Made by a program: the position numbers and the translations under genes. Under the pieces are notes generated by a model. It had not been told where the DNA came from, made no database searches, and worked only from the letters and a program-made list of their open reading frames with translations. A stretch of 64,000 nucleotides of DNA from an uncultured Acidimicrobiia bacterium. Lineage in GTDB: Bacteria > Actinomycetota > Acidimicrobiia > Acidimicrobiales > AC-14. The stretch lies in contig CAWIIV010000006.1 of the NCBI GenBank assembly GCA_963836205.1, positions 618,796 through 682,795 on the forward strand. Direction: 5' to 3'. Shown piece after piece: positions 19,190 through 29,134 of the stretch (position 1 is its first letter; the number at the start of each line of letters is the position of its first letter).

Positions 19190-21124
19190 ATGCAAGGCAT
19201 GCGACTTCACCGAGGGCGCCACCTCGCCGCACTGGCACTGGCGTTGGCTTTGGCGCTGGCCACGATCACGCCCGGGATGGCGTCGAGCGCGGGCGCGGGC
19301 ACGCAGACTCCGCCCGGCCCGTCACAGGCGCTCGAGCCTCGGATCGACACGGCCAAGGCCGCCCTCGCGTCCCAGCCGGTCGACCCGTCGAACCGGTCGG
19401 TCATCGTCAAGTTCCGGGAGGGGACGGGCGTTCGCCTGAATGGGGGGTCGCTGACGTCCTCCACCGATGTCTCCGGCGTGACGGCGGTCCTGGCCAAGTA
19501 CCCCGGAACCACGGTGGCCCGCCTGTTCCGGCGGCCGGCGGCCGATCTGGCCCAGGAGAAGGCGCGGGTGGAGAGCCGTACCCGCCGCCAGCAGGCCGAT
19601 CTCAACCTCTACTTCCGCCTCGTGGCGCCGGAAGGGGCCGACGTCGCTGCCCTCATCGCCGACCTCAACGCTCTACCTGTGGTCGAGGCCGCCTACAGCG
19701 AGCCCAAGGCGGTGGCACCCCCCGTGACGCCCGACTTCACCGGCCAGCAGGGCTACCGGCAGACGGCGCCGGGCGGGATCGGTGCCGACCTGGTGTCCGC
19801 CCTGCCCGGGGGCAAGGGCCAGAACATCACCATCGCCGACATCGAATACAGCTGGAACGTCGACCACGAGGACCTGGCCAAGGCCCGGTTGGCCGGCGCC
19901 CTCATCGCCAACGGCACGCCCGACGACCCGTTCGACGACAACGATCACGGCACCGCCGTCCTGGGCGAGATCGTCGGCGACGAGAACGCGTTCGGGGTAA
20001 CCGGCATCGTCAGCGCAGCCACCCTCCGGCTGGTCAACGCCAACACCACCGGCGGCTACGACCTGGCCAACGCCATCAGCCTCGCCACCGGCGCCCTCGC
20101 CGCAGGCGACGTCATCCTCATCGAGCAGCAGACCACCGGTCCCAACGGTGGGTGCGACGCGGTGAGCCAGGTCGGGTGCGCACCAGTGGAGTGGGTGCAG
20201 GCTTTCTACGACGCCATCGTGCTGGCCACCGGCGCAGGCATCATCGTGGTGGAGGCAGCCGGTAACGGCACCCAGGACCTCGACTCCGCGCCGTACAACC
20301 CCCTGAACGCCAGGACCGACTCCGGCGCCATCATGGTGGGCGCCGGTGGTGCCCCCGGATGCACCGCCCCCGCCCGGGGTCGACTCGACTTCTCCAACTT
20401 CGGCGCCCGGGTCAACCTCCAGGGCTGGGGGGAATGCGTCGTCACCACCGGATACGGCGACCTCCAGGGCGGCGCCGACCCCAACGTCTGGTACACCGAC
20501 ACCTTCGGCGGCACGTCCAGCGCATCCCCGATCGTGGCCGGAGCGGCCGGCGTCGTGTCGAGCATCGCCCAGCAGCGAGGCGTCACCCTCACACCCCAGC
20601 AGGTCCGCACCCTCCTGCGGGACACAGGGACGCCCCAGGAGCTCGGCATGTCCGCCCTCACCGGCAACATCGGGCCCCTCCCCAACCTCTTCCGTGCCAC
20701 CCAGAGCTTCAGCTGCTCGACGCCCCCGCCGGCCACCATCACCGCGGTGGCCGGGGTGATCACCATCGGCACCCCGGGCGACGACGTCATCATGGGGACC
20801 GGCGGCGCCGACCGGATGGCGGGTATGGGCGGGAACGACACCGTCATCGGCGGAGGCGGCGACGACGAGCTCCAGGGCGGGGAGGGCAACGACACCCTGT
20901 GCGGCGGCGCCGGAAACGACCGGATCACCGGTGGCAACGGCAACGACCACCTCCAGGGCGACGGGCAGAACGACGACCTGACCGGCGGGGCCAACGACGA
21001 CGTCCTCCTCGGCGGGTCCGGGGTCGACCGCCTCACCGGCGACGCCGGTACCGACCGCTGCCTGGCCGGCGGTCAGGTCGGCGACGTTTCCGCGCCCGCG
21101 CCCTTGTGCGACATCCTCGTGTGA
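19190..21124 (+). CDS. secreted S8 (subtilisin-like) serine peptidase with hemolysin-type Ca-binding repeats
   Basis: IADIE (Asp), DHGTAVLG (His), AAGNG, GGTSSASPIVAG (Ser); C-terminal GGxGxD nonapeptides; GAGGAG RBS. Confidence 0.92.
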   Translation: MQGMRLHRGRHLAALALALALALATITPGMASSAGAGTQTPPGPSQALEPRIDTAKAALASQPVDPSNRSVIVKFREGTGVRLNGGSLTSSTDVSGVTAVLAKYPGTTVARLFRRPAADLAQEKARVESRTRRQQADLNLYFRLVAPEGADVAALIADLNALPVVEAAYSEPKAVAPPVTPDFTGQQGYRQTAPGGIGADLVSALPGGKGQNITIADIEYSWNVDHEDLAKARLAGALIANGTPDDPFDDNDHGTAVLGEIVGDENAFGVTGIVSAATLRLVNANTTGGYDLANAISLATGALAAGDVILIEQQTTGPNGGCDAVSQVGCAPVEWVQAFYDAIVLATGAGIIVVEAAGNGTQDLDSAPYNPLNARTDSGAIMVGAGGAPGCTAPARGRLDFSNFGARVNLQGWGECVVTTGYGDLQGGADPNVWYTDTFGGTSSASPIVAGAAGVVSSIAQQRGVTLTPQQVRTLLRDTGTPQELGMSALTGNIGPLPNLFRATQSFSCSTPPPATITAVAGVITIGTPGDDVIMGTGGADRMAGMGGNDTVIGGGGDDELQGGEGNDTLCGGAGNDRITGGNGNDHLQGDGQNDDLTGGANDDVLLGGSGVDRLTGDAGTDRCLAGGQVGDVSAPAPLCDILV

Positions 21125-21171
21125 CGGCCGCCTCCCGGGTGCCCGGTGGGCGGCGCCGCTAGGCTCGGGGG

Positions 21172-21672
21172 ATGGACCTGCCGCCCCCGGTGCAGGACCC
21201 GGAACGACGTGAAGACGGTGACGATCCGGACCGCCGGCTGGCGGCCGTGGAGGCCGGACTCATCGCCCTGGGCGCCCGCTTGGAACAGCTGGAGGCGTCG
21301 CTGCAACAGGCGGTGCGGGAAGAAACCCGGCGGGCGTCGAACGAGATCCGCCACACGGTGAGCGAGCTCGGGCGCCGCCTGGCGCTCGATCTCCCCCAGT
21401 TCCTCGACCGCCACCGCCAGCTGATCGTGGGCGAGCTCCGGGGCGGCGGGTCGGCAGGGGGCGAGTCGGCAGCACCCGGGTCACCCGGGTCGGCCGGGGC
21501 GGCCGGGGCGACCGCGGCCTCCCCCTTCTCCGCCGCCGGCGGGCCGAACGCGTCCCCGTCGACGATCGGCGCAGAGGCCGGCGGTGACGCCGGGTCCGAC
21601 GGTGACGACGACCCGTCGTCCGACGACACCGGCGGTGGCCGTCGCAAGCGCCGGCGGCGCAAGGAAGGCTGA
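21172..21672 (+). CDS. hypothetical coiled-coil protein with low-complexity tail
   Basis: Heptad-like RLAAVEAGLIALGARLEQLEASLQQ; TAGGCT 6 nt before the ATG. Confidence 0.65.
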   Translation: MDLPPPVQDPERREDGDDPDRRLAAVEAGLIALGARLEQLEASLQQAVREETRRASNEIRHTVSELGRRLALDLPQFLDRHRQLIVGELRGGGSAGGESAAPGSPGSAGAAGATAASPFSAAGGPNASPSTIGAEAGGDAGSDGDDDPSSDDTGGGRRKRRRRKEG

Positions 21673-21677
21673 CCGGG

Positions 21678-22784
21678 TTGCGGATCGGCTTCGACGGCAC
21701 CCCCCTGCTCGGGCGCAAGACCGGCGTGGGGTGGTACACCCACGAGCTCATCGACGCCATCGCCCTCCTGGCGCCGGACGACGACATGGTCGTCTTCCCC
21801 ATCTCCTGGCGCACCGCCCGCTACCTCAACCTCGACCCGCCCCACCGACCCAACGTCGGCGTGGAGCGCAAGCTGGCCCCGGCCCGCCCGCTGTGGGCGA
21901 TGTGGGACCGGGTCCCGTTCCCGCCCGTCGAGTGGCTGGTCGACTGCGACGTCTTCCACGCCACCAACTTCATCGCCCCCCCGTCGCGGAAGGTGCCGGT
22001 GGTGGTCACCGTCCACGACATCGGCTTCGTCCATCACCCGGCCGACGTTTCGCCCGGCGTGCGGCGGATGGCCCGGCTCCTGCCCCAGATCCTGTCCCGG
22101 GCGGCGGCGGTGATCACCGTCTCCGAGTTCACCCGCGACGAGCTGCTCGAGTGGCAGCCCCACCTCGCCGACCGGATCACGGTCATCCCCAACGGGAGCC
22201 ATCACCGGGCCAAGGCCGTCGACGGGGTGTCGTCCACCGCCGTCGGCGCGCCCTACGCCCTCATGCTGGGCACGCTCGAGCCCCGCAAGAACCTCCCCCT
22301 CGCCCTCGACGCCCTCAGCATCCTCCGCCGGCGGGGCGTCGACCTGCGGCTGGTGTTGGCCGGCGGGCGCAGCACCCTCATCGACCTCCCGGCCATGCTG
22401 GCCGAGCGGGGGCTCGGCAGTCCCGAAGTCATCTGCACCGGCTACATCGACGACGCCCGGGTCGCCTCGCTGCTCGCCAACGCACGGATGCTCGTGTTTC
22501 CGTCCCTGTACGAGGGGTTCGGGATGCCGCTGCTGGAGGCGATGCAGGTGGGGGTGCCGGTGGTGGCCGCCCGGGCCGGGGCCTCGCCGGAGACGGTGGG
22601 CGACGCCGGGCTGCTGGTGGAGCCGGGCGACGCCGAGGGCTTTGCCGACGCCATGGCCCAGCTCGTCTTCGACGACGAGCTGCGCACCACGCTCATCAAG
22701 AAGGGCCTGGCCCGGGAGGCCGAGTTCACGTGGGAACGGGCCGCCGCCGCCTGCCTCCGCCTCTACCGACAGGTGGTCGCCTGA
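21678..22784 (+). CDS. GT4 (GT-B) glycosyltransferase
   Basis: TVHDI, GTLEPRKN, FPSLYEGFGMPLLEAM. Confidence 0.93.
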   Translation: MRIGFDGTPLLGRKTGVGWYTHELIDAIALLAPDDDMVVFPISWRTARYLNLDPPHRPNVGVERKLAPARPLWAMWDRVPFPPVEWLVDCDVFHATNFIAPPSRKVPVVVTVHDIGFVHHPADVSPGVRRMARLLPQILSRAAAVITVSEFTRDELLEWQPHLADRITVIPNGSHHRAKAVDGVSSTAVGAPYALMLGTLEPRKNLPLALDALSILRRRGVDLRLVLAGGRSTLIDLPAMLAERGLGSPEVICTGYIDDARVASLLANARMLVFPSLYEGFGMPLLEAMQVGVPVVAARAGASPETVGDAGLLVEPGDAEGFADAMAQLVFDDELRTTLIKKGLAREAEFTWERAAAACLRLYRQVVA

Positions 22785-23875
22785 CGCCGACGGGGCCGCT
22801 CGACGTCGTCCTGGTGGCCGACCAACTGCGGCGTCCGGTCCCAGGGGGGATCGGGACCTACGTCCGGGGACTGGTGGCGGGGCTCCGGGCGGCCGGTCCG
22901 GAGGCGGTCGACGTCACCCTGTGGACGGGACGCGCCCCCGCGGGTGTCGACCCCCTGGCCGACCTCGGGCGGGTCATGGCCTCGAACCTGCCCGGTCCCG
23001 CCTTGACCCGTTTCTGGGACCGGGGGCTGTGCCGCCCGCCGGCGGGCGCCGACGTCGTGCACGCCACGTCGCTGGCCGTACCCCCGTCGGGACCGGCGCC
23101 GATGACGGTGATGGTGCACGACCTGGCCTGGCGCCACGAGCCCGACGCCTTCCCCCGGCGGGGCCGGGAGTGGCACGAGGCCGCCCTGGCCCGGGCCCGG
23201 CAGCGGGCGGCCCTGCTGGTGGCCCCGTCTGCGGCCACGGCCGACGACCTGGCCGCGGCCGGCGTCCCCCAGGACAAAGTGGCGGTGATCGAGGAGGGAT
23301 GTGACCACCTGGCCCCGCCCGACCACGACGGGGCGGCCAAACTGCTGGCCGACCTGGGCGTCGGCGCCGGTGGTCGGTACCTGCTCACGGTGTCGACCCT
23401 CGAACCGCGCAAGAACCTCGATCGCCTGCTCGCGGCCTACGCCCTGGCCCGGCCCCGCCTGCCCGAGCCCTGGCCCCTGGTCGTGGTCGGACCCGCCGGC
23501 TGGGGCCCGGCCCTGCTCCCCCAGCCATCCGTGTTGCTGGCGGGAGCGGTCGACGGGGGAGTGCTCTCCGCCCTGTATGCGGGGGCGCGACTGGTGGCGT
23601 ACGTCCCCCGCCGGGAGGGATGGGGGCTGCCGGCGGTGGAGGCGATGGCCTGCGGGACGCCGGTGGTGGCCACGCCGATGCCGAGCACCGGGGGGGCCGC
23701 GTTCGAGGTCGCCCCCGGCGACATGGACGAGATCGCCGCGGGGCTGGTGGCGGTGGCGAGCGACGAGGGGCTGCGGGCGCGGCTGGTGGAGTCGGGGCGG
23801 CGGCGGGCAGCCGGGCTCACGTGGGCCGCCGCCGCCGCCCGCCACCTCGAGTTGTGGCGGGGCCTGGCCCGGTGA
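22781..23875 (+). CDS. GT4 glycosyltransferase
   Basis: PGGIGTYV, MVHDLAW, STLEPRKN, EGWGLPAVEAMACGTP; start uncertain (CTG 22781 overlaps the upstream stop). Confidence 0.9.
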   Translation: MTPTGPLDVVLVADQLRRPVPGGIGTYVRGLVAGLRAAGPEAVDVTLWTGRAPAGVDPLADLGRVMASNLPGPALTRFWDRGLCRPPAGADVVHATSLAVPPSGPAPMTVMVHDLAWRHEPDAFPRRGREWHEAALARARQRAALLVAPSAATADDLAAAGVPQDKVAVIEEGCDHLAPPDHDGAAKLLADLGVGAGGRYLLTVSTLEPRKNLDRLLAAYALARPRLPEPWPLVVVGPAGWGPALLPQPSVLLAGAVDGGVLSALYAGARLVAYVPRREGWGLPAVEAMACGTPVVATPMPSTGGAAFEVAPGDMDEIAAGLVAVASDEGLRARLVESGRRRAAGLTWAAAAARHLELWRGLAR

Positions 23876-23891
23876 ACACCTCGTGCGGCCG

Positions 23892-25112
23892 GTGAGCGCA
23901 CGTGGCGACCCGTTCGCGCCACTGTCGGCCGGAGCGGGGATGGACCCTGACCGGGACGGGGCGATGACGGGGCCGGTGCGGGTGAGCATGGATGCCACTG
24001 CGGTCCCGGCCAAGCCGGGGGGCGCGGGACGGTACGTCCTCAACCTCGTGGCCGAACTCATCCGGCCTGAGATGCACGACGACGTCGAGGTCACCGTCGT
24101 CTGCCGCCACGGTGATCGGGCCCGGTGGGAGGCGCGGGCGGGGGCGGGCCGGGTGGTCGACACCGCACCCACCCGCCGTCCCGTCCGCCTGGCGTGGGAG
24201 CAGACCGCGCTCCCCCGGCTGCTCAACCGCATGCCCGTCGACGTCCACCACGGTCCCCACTACACGATGCCCGTGGCGGCGCGAGGTCCGAGCGTGGTCA
24301 CGGTCCACGACCTCTCGTTCTTCTCGCACCCCGAATGGCACCAGTCCACCAAGGTCGCCTTCTTCCGGGGGGCCATCCGGGTGGCGGCGGCTCGGGCGGC
24401 GGCCATCGTCGCCGTGAGCCAGGCCACCGCCGACCGCCTTCAGGATCGGGCCCGCACCCGCGGGCCGGTGTACGTCATCCCCCACGGTGTCGACCACGAC
24501 CGTTTCCGCCCGCCGGCTGGTCCCGAGGAGGTGGAGGCCGACATCGACGCCCGCCAGCGGCTGGGTATCGAGCCGCACCAGCCCTATATCGCCTTCGTCG
24601 GGACCCTCGAGCCCCGCAAGGACGTGCCCTCGCTCGTCCGGGCCTTCGACCTGATCGCGGCCGGCCACCCCGACACCGTTCTCGTGCTCGCCGGCCAACG
24701 CGGATGGGGCGTCGACGCGGTGGAGGCGGCGATCGTCACCGCCCGCTCCCGCGCCCGCATCACGGTGGCCGGCTACGTGACCGAGGACGAGAACGTCGCC
24801 CTCCTGCGGGGGGCGGCGGTGGTGGCCTACCCGTCACTGGAGGAGGGCTTCGGGCTCCCTGCCCTCGAGACGATGGCGTGCGGCGCGCCCCTGGTGACGA
24901 CGTCGGGCTCGGCCATGGAGGAGGTGGTAGGCACGGCCGCCCTCCTGGTCACCCCCGGCGACACCGTGGCCCTGGCCGAGGCCCTGGAGGCCAGCCTGGC
25001 CGGCGACCCCGACGTCGCCCGCCGCCGGTCGGAGGGACTCGAGATCGCCGCCCGCCACACGTGGTCCGCGTGCGCCCGGCGCCATGTCGAGGTCTACCGG
25101 TGGGTTGGATAG
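23892..25112 (+). CDS. GT4 glycosyltransferase
   Basis: GGAGRYV, TVHDLSF, GTLEPRKD, YPSLEEGFGLPALETMACG; alternative ATG starts at 23940 and 23964. Confidence 0.92.
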   Translation: MSARGDPFAPLSAGAGMDPDRDGAMTGPVRVSMDATAVPAKPGGAGRYVLNLVAELIRPEMHDDVEVTVVCRHGDRARWEARAGAGRVVDTAPTRRPVRLAWEQTALPRLLNRMPVDVHHGPHYTMPVAARGPSVVTVHDLSFFSHPEWHQSTKVAFFRGAIRVAAARAAAIVAVSQATADRLQDRARTRGPVYVIPHGVDHDRFRPPAGPEEVEADIDARQRLGIEPHQPYIAFVGTLEPRKDVPSLVRAFDLIAAGHPDTVLVLAGQRGWGVDAVEAAIVTARSRARITVAGYVTEDENVALLRGAAVVAYPSLEEGFGLPALETMACGAPLVTTSGSAMEEVVGTAALLVTPGDTVALAEALEASLAGDPDVARRRSEGLEIAARHTWSACARRHVEVYRWVG

Positions 25113-25250
25113 GCCACCGCGGCCTGGCCCGACGGCTCAGACGGGACGAGGAGCGGGGTGCCGAGGAGAGGTTGAGGCGATCCCGGCTCCCGTTTCGGGA
25201 AAGCCGCCCGGCCGGGACCTCAACTCCCGTGGAGCCAGGTGGCTTCGGGA

Positions 25251-26066
25251 CTACCGGCTGCGGAGCTTGGACAGGAGGCGGAGCAGCTCCAGGTAGAGCC
25301 ACACGATGGTGACGACCAGGCCGAAGGCGCCGTACCACTCCATGTACTTGGGTGCGCCCTTGGCCGCGCCCTGCTCGATGAAGTCGAAGTCGAGGACCAG
25401 GTTGAGGGACGCGATCACCACCACCGCCAGGCTGAAGAGGATCCCGACAGGGCCGCTGTCGTGGATCATCGGCACGTCGACCCCGAACAGCCCCAACACC
25501 AGGCTGACCATGTAGACGACGAACACCGCGCCGGTGGCGGCCACGATGCCCATCCGCAGCTTGTCGGTGACCTTGATGACCCGGGTGGCGTAGAGGAACA
25601 GCAGCAGGCCGAACACGGCCAGCGTCAGCCCCACCGCCTGGACGACGATGCCGTCGTAGGCGAGGTTGTAGACGTGGGAGATGGCGCCCAGCAGGAAACC
25701 CTCGACCAGGGCGTAGACGGGGGCGGTGAAGCGGGCCAGCTTGGGCTTGAAGACGGTGAGGATGGCGATCCCGAGGCCCACCAGCACCGCCGGCAGGAGC
25801 CAGCCGGGCACCTGGACGCCCTCGGGGGAGGGGCTCACCTGGGCCCATCCGACCCATCCCGCAGCCAGGAGGAGCACCAGCAGGACGCCGGCTGCGCTGA
25901 CGGTACCGCCGATGGTCATTGTCTCGAACGACGCCGGTGGGGTCCAGGGCGAGACCTGGTCGTCGACCGGCGGGCGGGTGCTGCGGCCCCCGGCGCCGGC
26001 GGCCCGCGCCTCCTCGATCTGGCGGTTGAAGACCTTTTCGTTCAGGGCCGGATTGCTCGTGCGCAT
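25251..26066 (-). CDS. Bax inhibitor-1/YccA family membrane protein
   Basis: MRTSNPAL, YALVEG, LVLDFDFIE...PKYMEWYGAFGL.VT.VWLYLELLR. Confidence 0.92.
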   Translation of the reverse strand: MRTSNPALNEKVFNRQIEEARAAGAGGRSTRPPVDDQVSPWTPPASFETMTIGGTVSAAGVLLVLLLAAGWVGWAQVSPSPEGVQVPGWLLPAVLVGLGIAILTVFKPKLARFTAPVYALVEGFLLGAISHVYNLAYDGIVVQAVGLTLAVFGLLLFLYATRVIKVTDKLRMGIVAATGAVFVVYMVSLVLGLFGVDVPMIHDSGPVGILFSLAVVVIASLNLVLDFDFIEQGAAKGAPKYMEWYGAFGLVVTIVWLYLELLRLLSKLRSR

Positions 26067-26095
26067 GGCAGGAAGGATACCGCCGAAGGCCCTCG

Positions 26096-26308
26096 TCAGT
26101 GAGGGCGGCGGCTGCGCCAGGCGGTGATCAGCTGCTCCCGCCACACCAGGACGGCGATCAGCGAGATCGTGCCCGCAGCCACCGCGCTGAGGACGAGCGG
26201 CTCGTTGTCGACCACCAGGCCGATCAGGAGCAGGACCGTCCCGATCACGCCGAACACGACCGAGGTGATCAGCGCGGGCGGGGATCGTCGGGCTTCGCTG
26301 AGGTCCAC
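26096..26308 (-). CDS. small two-TM membrane protein
   Basis: 70 aa with two hydrophobic helices, co-oriented with YccA. Confidence 0.65.
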   Translation of the reverse strand: MDLSEARRSPPALITSVVFGVIGTVLLLIGLVVDNEPLVLSAVAAGTISLIAVLVWREQLITAWRSRRPH

Positions 26309-26391
26309 CCGGTGATGGTCCCAGACCGGGTGGGCGGACGTCGACCCTCGGCCGGCGCACCGTGTTCCGCCGACTCCCTAGTGTCGCCCGG

Positions 26392-28191
26392 ATGAGTCCG
26401 AACCGGCCGGAGGGCCCGTCGAGCACGCCCGTCCTGGCGGTGCGCGACCTGGCCGTGGCCTACGGGGGGGACGGGTGCTGCGGGGGGTGACGATCGAGGT
26501 CGCCACCGGGTCGGTGGTCGCCGTGGTCGGCGCCAGCGGGGCGGGCAAGACCACCCTCCTGCGGGCGGTCTCGGGCCTGCTCGGGTTCCACCGGGGGCGG
26601 ATCGTGGCCGGGACGGTCGAGCTCGACGGGCGCCCGTCCACCGGCGACGACGCCGCCGGCATGGTCCGCCGGGGGGTGGCCCAGGTGATGGAAGGGGGCC
26701 GGGTCTTCCCCGGGCTCACGGTGGACGAGAACCTCCAGGCCGGTGCCGGGAGGGGTCGCGACAGGGAGGCGGCCGCCGCCACCCGCGCCCGGGTGCTGGA
26801 GCTGTTTCCCGTCCTCGCCACCCGGAGGCGGACGCCGGCCGGACGTCTCTCCGGCGGCGAGCGGCAGATGCTGGCGATCGGGCGCTCCCTCATGAGCTCG
26901 CCCCGCCTGCTGCTGCTCGACGAACCTTTCCTGGGGCTGGCGCCCCGGCTGGTGGAGCAGGTGCAGGCGTTCCTGGCCGAGATCAACGCCGGCGGCACCA
27001 CCATCGTGGTCGCCGAGCAGAGCGCGGCGGCCGCCTTCGCCGTGGCCAGCCGGGCCTATGTCCTGGCCAACGGCACCATCGTGGCCGACGGACCCCCGGC
27101 CGAGCTCGGCGGACGGGACATCGGCCGCCTGTACCTGGGGGGCGACGCTCCCCTACCGGCCCCGGTGGGGGACGCCGGTCACCCGGCCGCCGTCGGGGAC
27201 GCCGGGACAGTCGGGGCGCTCGGCGTCGGGCAGCCGGACGACCCGCCAACCGGTGACGGGTTCGGTCCCCTGGCGCCCGAAACCGTCACCAGTTCGCCAC
27301 CCGTCGGAGCCTCCCGGGCGGACGAGCCGGACGACCCGGCAACCGGTGACGGGTTCGGTCCCCTGGCGCCCGAAACCGTCACCAGTTCGCCGCTGTTGAA
27401 GCTGGCCGGCGTCACGCTGCGCTTCGGCCCGGTGACCGCCCTCGACGACCTGTCCCTGCAGGTGGGGGCGGGTGAGATCGTCGCCGTCATCGGTCCCAAC
27501 GGGGCGGGCAAGACGTCGGTGCTCAACTGCGTCAACCAGCTCTACCGGCCGGACCGGGGGAGCATCCGGCTCGACGGTGCCGAGTTGGTCGGGCGCCGGC
27601 CGTGGGACGTCGCCCGCCTGGGCGTCGCCCGCAGCTTCCAGCGGCCGGCCCTCTTCGGCCACCTCGACGTGGTCGGGAACCTCCTCGTCGGCCGCCACCG
27701 GCTGATGGCGGGCGGCCTCATCGGCCCCGCCTTCGGGCTGCGCCGGTCACGGCGGGACGAGGCGAGCCACCGCCGCCGGTGCGAGGAGATCGTCGACCTC
27801 CTCGAGCTCGGCGCCTACCGGGTCCGGCCCGCAGGCGAGCTGCCCTACGGCATCGCCAAGGTGGTCGAACTGGGCCGGGCGCTGGCGATGGAGGCCCGAC
27901 TGGTCCTGCTCGACGAGCCGTCGGCGGGACTGAACGAGGACGAGACCGACCACCTGGCCCGGTGCATCCTTTCCATGCGCCGGGACCGGGGCCTGGCCGT
28001 GCTCATGGTGGAGCACCACGTGGGCCTGGTCGCCCGCCTCGCCGACCGGGTCGATCGTGCTCGACTCGGGCCGGACGGTGGCCGACGGCGTCCCGACGGA
28101 GGTGCTGGCCGACCCCGAGGTGGCCCGGGTCTACCTCGGCTCCCGCGCCGGCTCGGGCTCGGGCACAGCGGCGGGCGCAAGGCCCCGATGA
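26392..28191 (+). CDS. fused LivF-like + LivG-like ABC ATPases (frameshifts at G7 26464-70 and near 28053)
   Basis: Two Walker A motifs (GASGAGKTT, GPNGAGKTS), LSGGERQML, LLDEP twice. The N-terminus (MSPNR..VLAVRDLAVAYGG) and C-terminus (VLDSGRTVADG..DPEVARVYLG) lie in adjacent frames. Confidence 0.8.
27248..27387. repeat. two 47-bp hairpin elements (family A), in frame inside the ATPase linker
   Basis: AACCGGTGACGG...CCGTCACCAGTT at 27248-27294 and 27341-27387, 93-bp period. Confidence 0.9.
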
Positions 28192-28249
28192 CTGGGGTGG
28201 CCCGGCTGCCCCGGCCGGACTCCGGCGCGGGCGCGGGCGTGGGTGCCCG

Positions 28250-29134
28250 GTGACCAGGCTGGCCCAGCTACTGGTGGCGGGGGTGGCGGTGGGGTCGCTC
28301 TACGGACTCATCGCGCTCGGGTTCGTGGTGATCTACCGGGCCAGTCACGTGTTCAACTTCGCCCAGGGGAGCTTCCTGCTCCTCGGGGCCTACCTCACCT
28401 TTGGCTTCCACCAGCAGCTCGGGCTGCCGTTCTTCCCGGCCCTGGCCCTGGCCGCGGTGGCGGCGGCCGTGGTGGGGGTGGCCGTCGAGCGGCTCGCCCT
28501 GCGCCGGATGGTGGGCCAGCCCACGTTCGCGGTGATCATGATCACCATCGGCCTGGCGGTGGTGATGGACGCCCTCTTGGTGTGGGCGTGGGGGGCGGAG
28601 CGCCTCAGCGTGGGTGACCCGTGGGGGCTCACGACCTACCGCGTCGGCGGGGCCGGCGGCGTCCGGGTGGCGGCCATCGACATCGCCCGGCTCCTCGCCG
28701 CGGGGCTGGTGCTCGCCGCCTACTGGCTGTTCTGCCGATACTCGTCCCTCGGCGTCGCCGTGCGGGCCACCGCGGCCGACCAGGAGGCGGCGGTGGCCAG
28801 CGGGATCGACGTCCGCCGGGTGTTCGCCGTGTGCTGGGCGATCGCGGCCGCCATCGCCACCGTGGCCGGCGTGCTGCTGGCCGCGGGGGCCCGCGGCATC
28901 GACCCGTCCCTCTCGGCAGTTGCCCTGGCCGCCTTCCCCGCTCTGGTCCTGGGTGGGGTCACCTCCCCGGCGGGGGCCATCCTCGGCGGGCTCGCGCTCG
29001 GGGTGGTGGAGGTCCTGGCCGCCGGGTACCTCGGCGCCAACGTCCACACCGTCGTCCCCTACGTCCTCCTGCTGGCCGTGCTCCTGGTACGCCCGTCGGG
29101 GATATTCGGCGACCGCGAGCGGGCTCGGCTGTGA
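28250..29134 (+). CDS. livH: branched-chain amino acid-type ABC permease (LivH-like)
   Basis: GSLYGLIALGFVVIY...FNFAQG, LGVAVRATAAD, LVRPSGIFG. Confidence 0.88.
   Translation: MTRLAQLLVAGVAVGSLYGLIALGFVVIYRASHVFNFAQGSFLLLGAYLTFGFHQQLGLPFFPALALAAVAAAVVGVAVERLALRRMVGQPTFAVIMITIGLAVVMDALLVWAWGAERLSVGDPWGLTTYRVGGAGGVRVAAIDIARLLAAGLVLAAYWLFCRYSSLGVAVRATAADQEAAVASGIDVRRVFAVCWAIAAAIATVAGVLLAAGARGIDPSLSAVALAAFPALVLGGVTSPAGAILGGLALGVVEVLAAGYLGANVHTVVPYVLLLAVLLVRPSGIFGDRERARL

Noticed and set aside
5930-28060. Programmed frameshifts or pseudogenes at ~5934, ~17097, 26464-70 and ~28053
   Set aside because: Each is a single-base indel in an otherwise intact gene (one in a G7 run, two as an extra G giving GATC), typical of long-read error. 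Phase variation at the G7 run cannot be excluded without reads.
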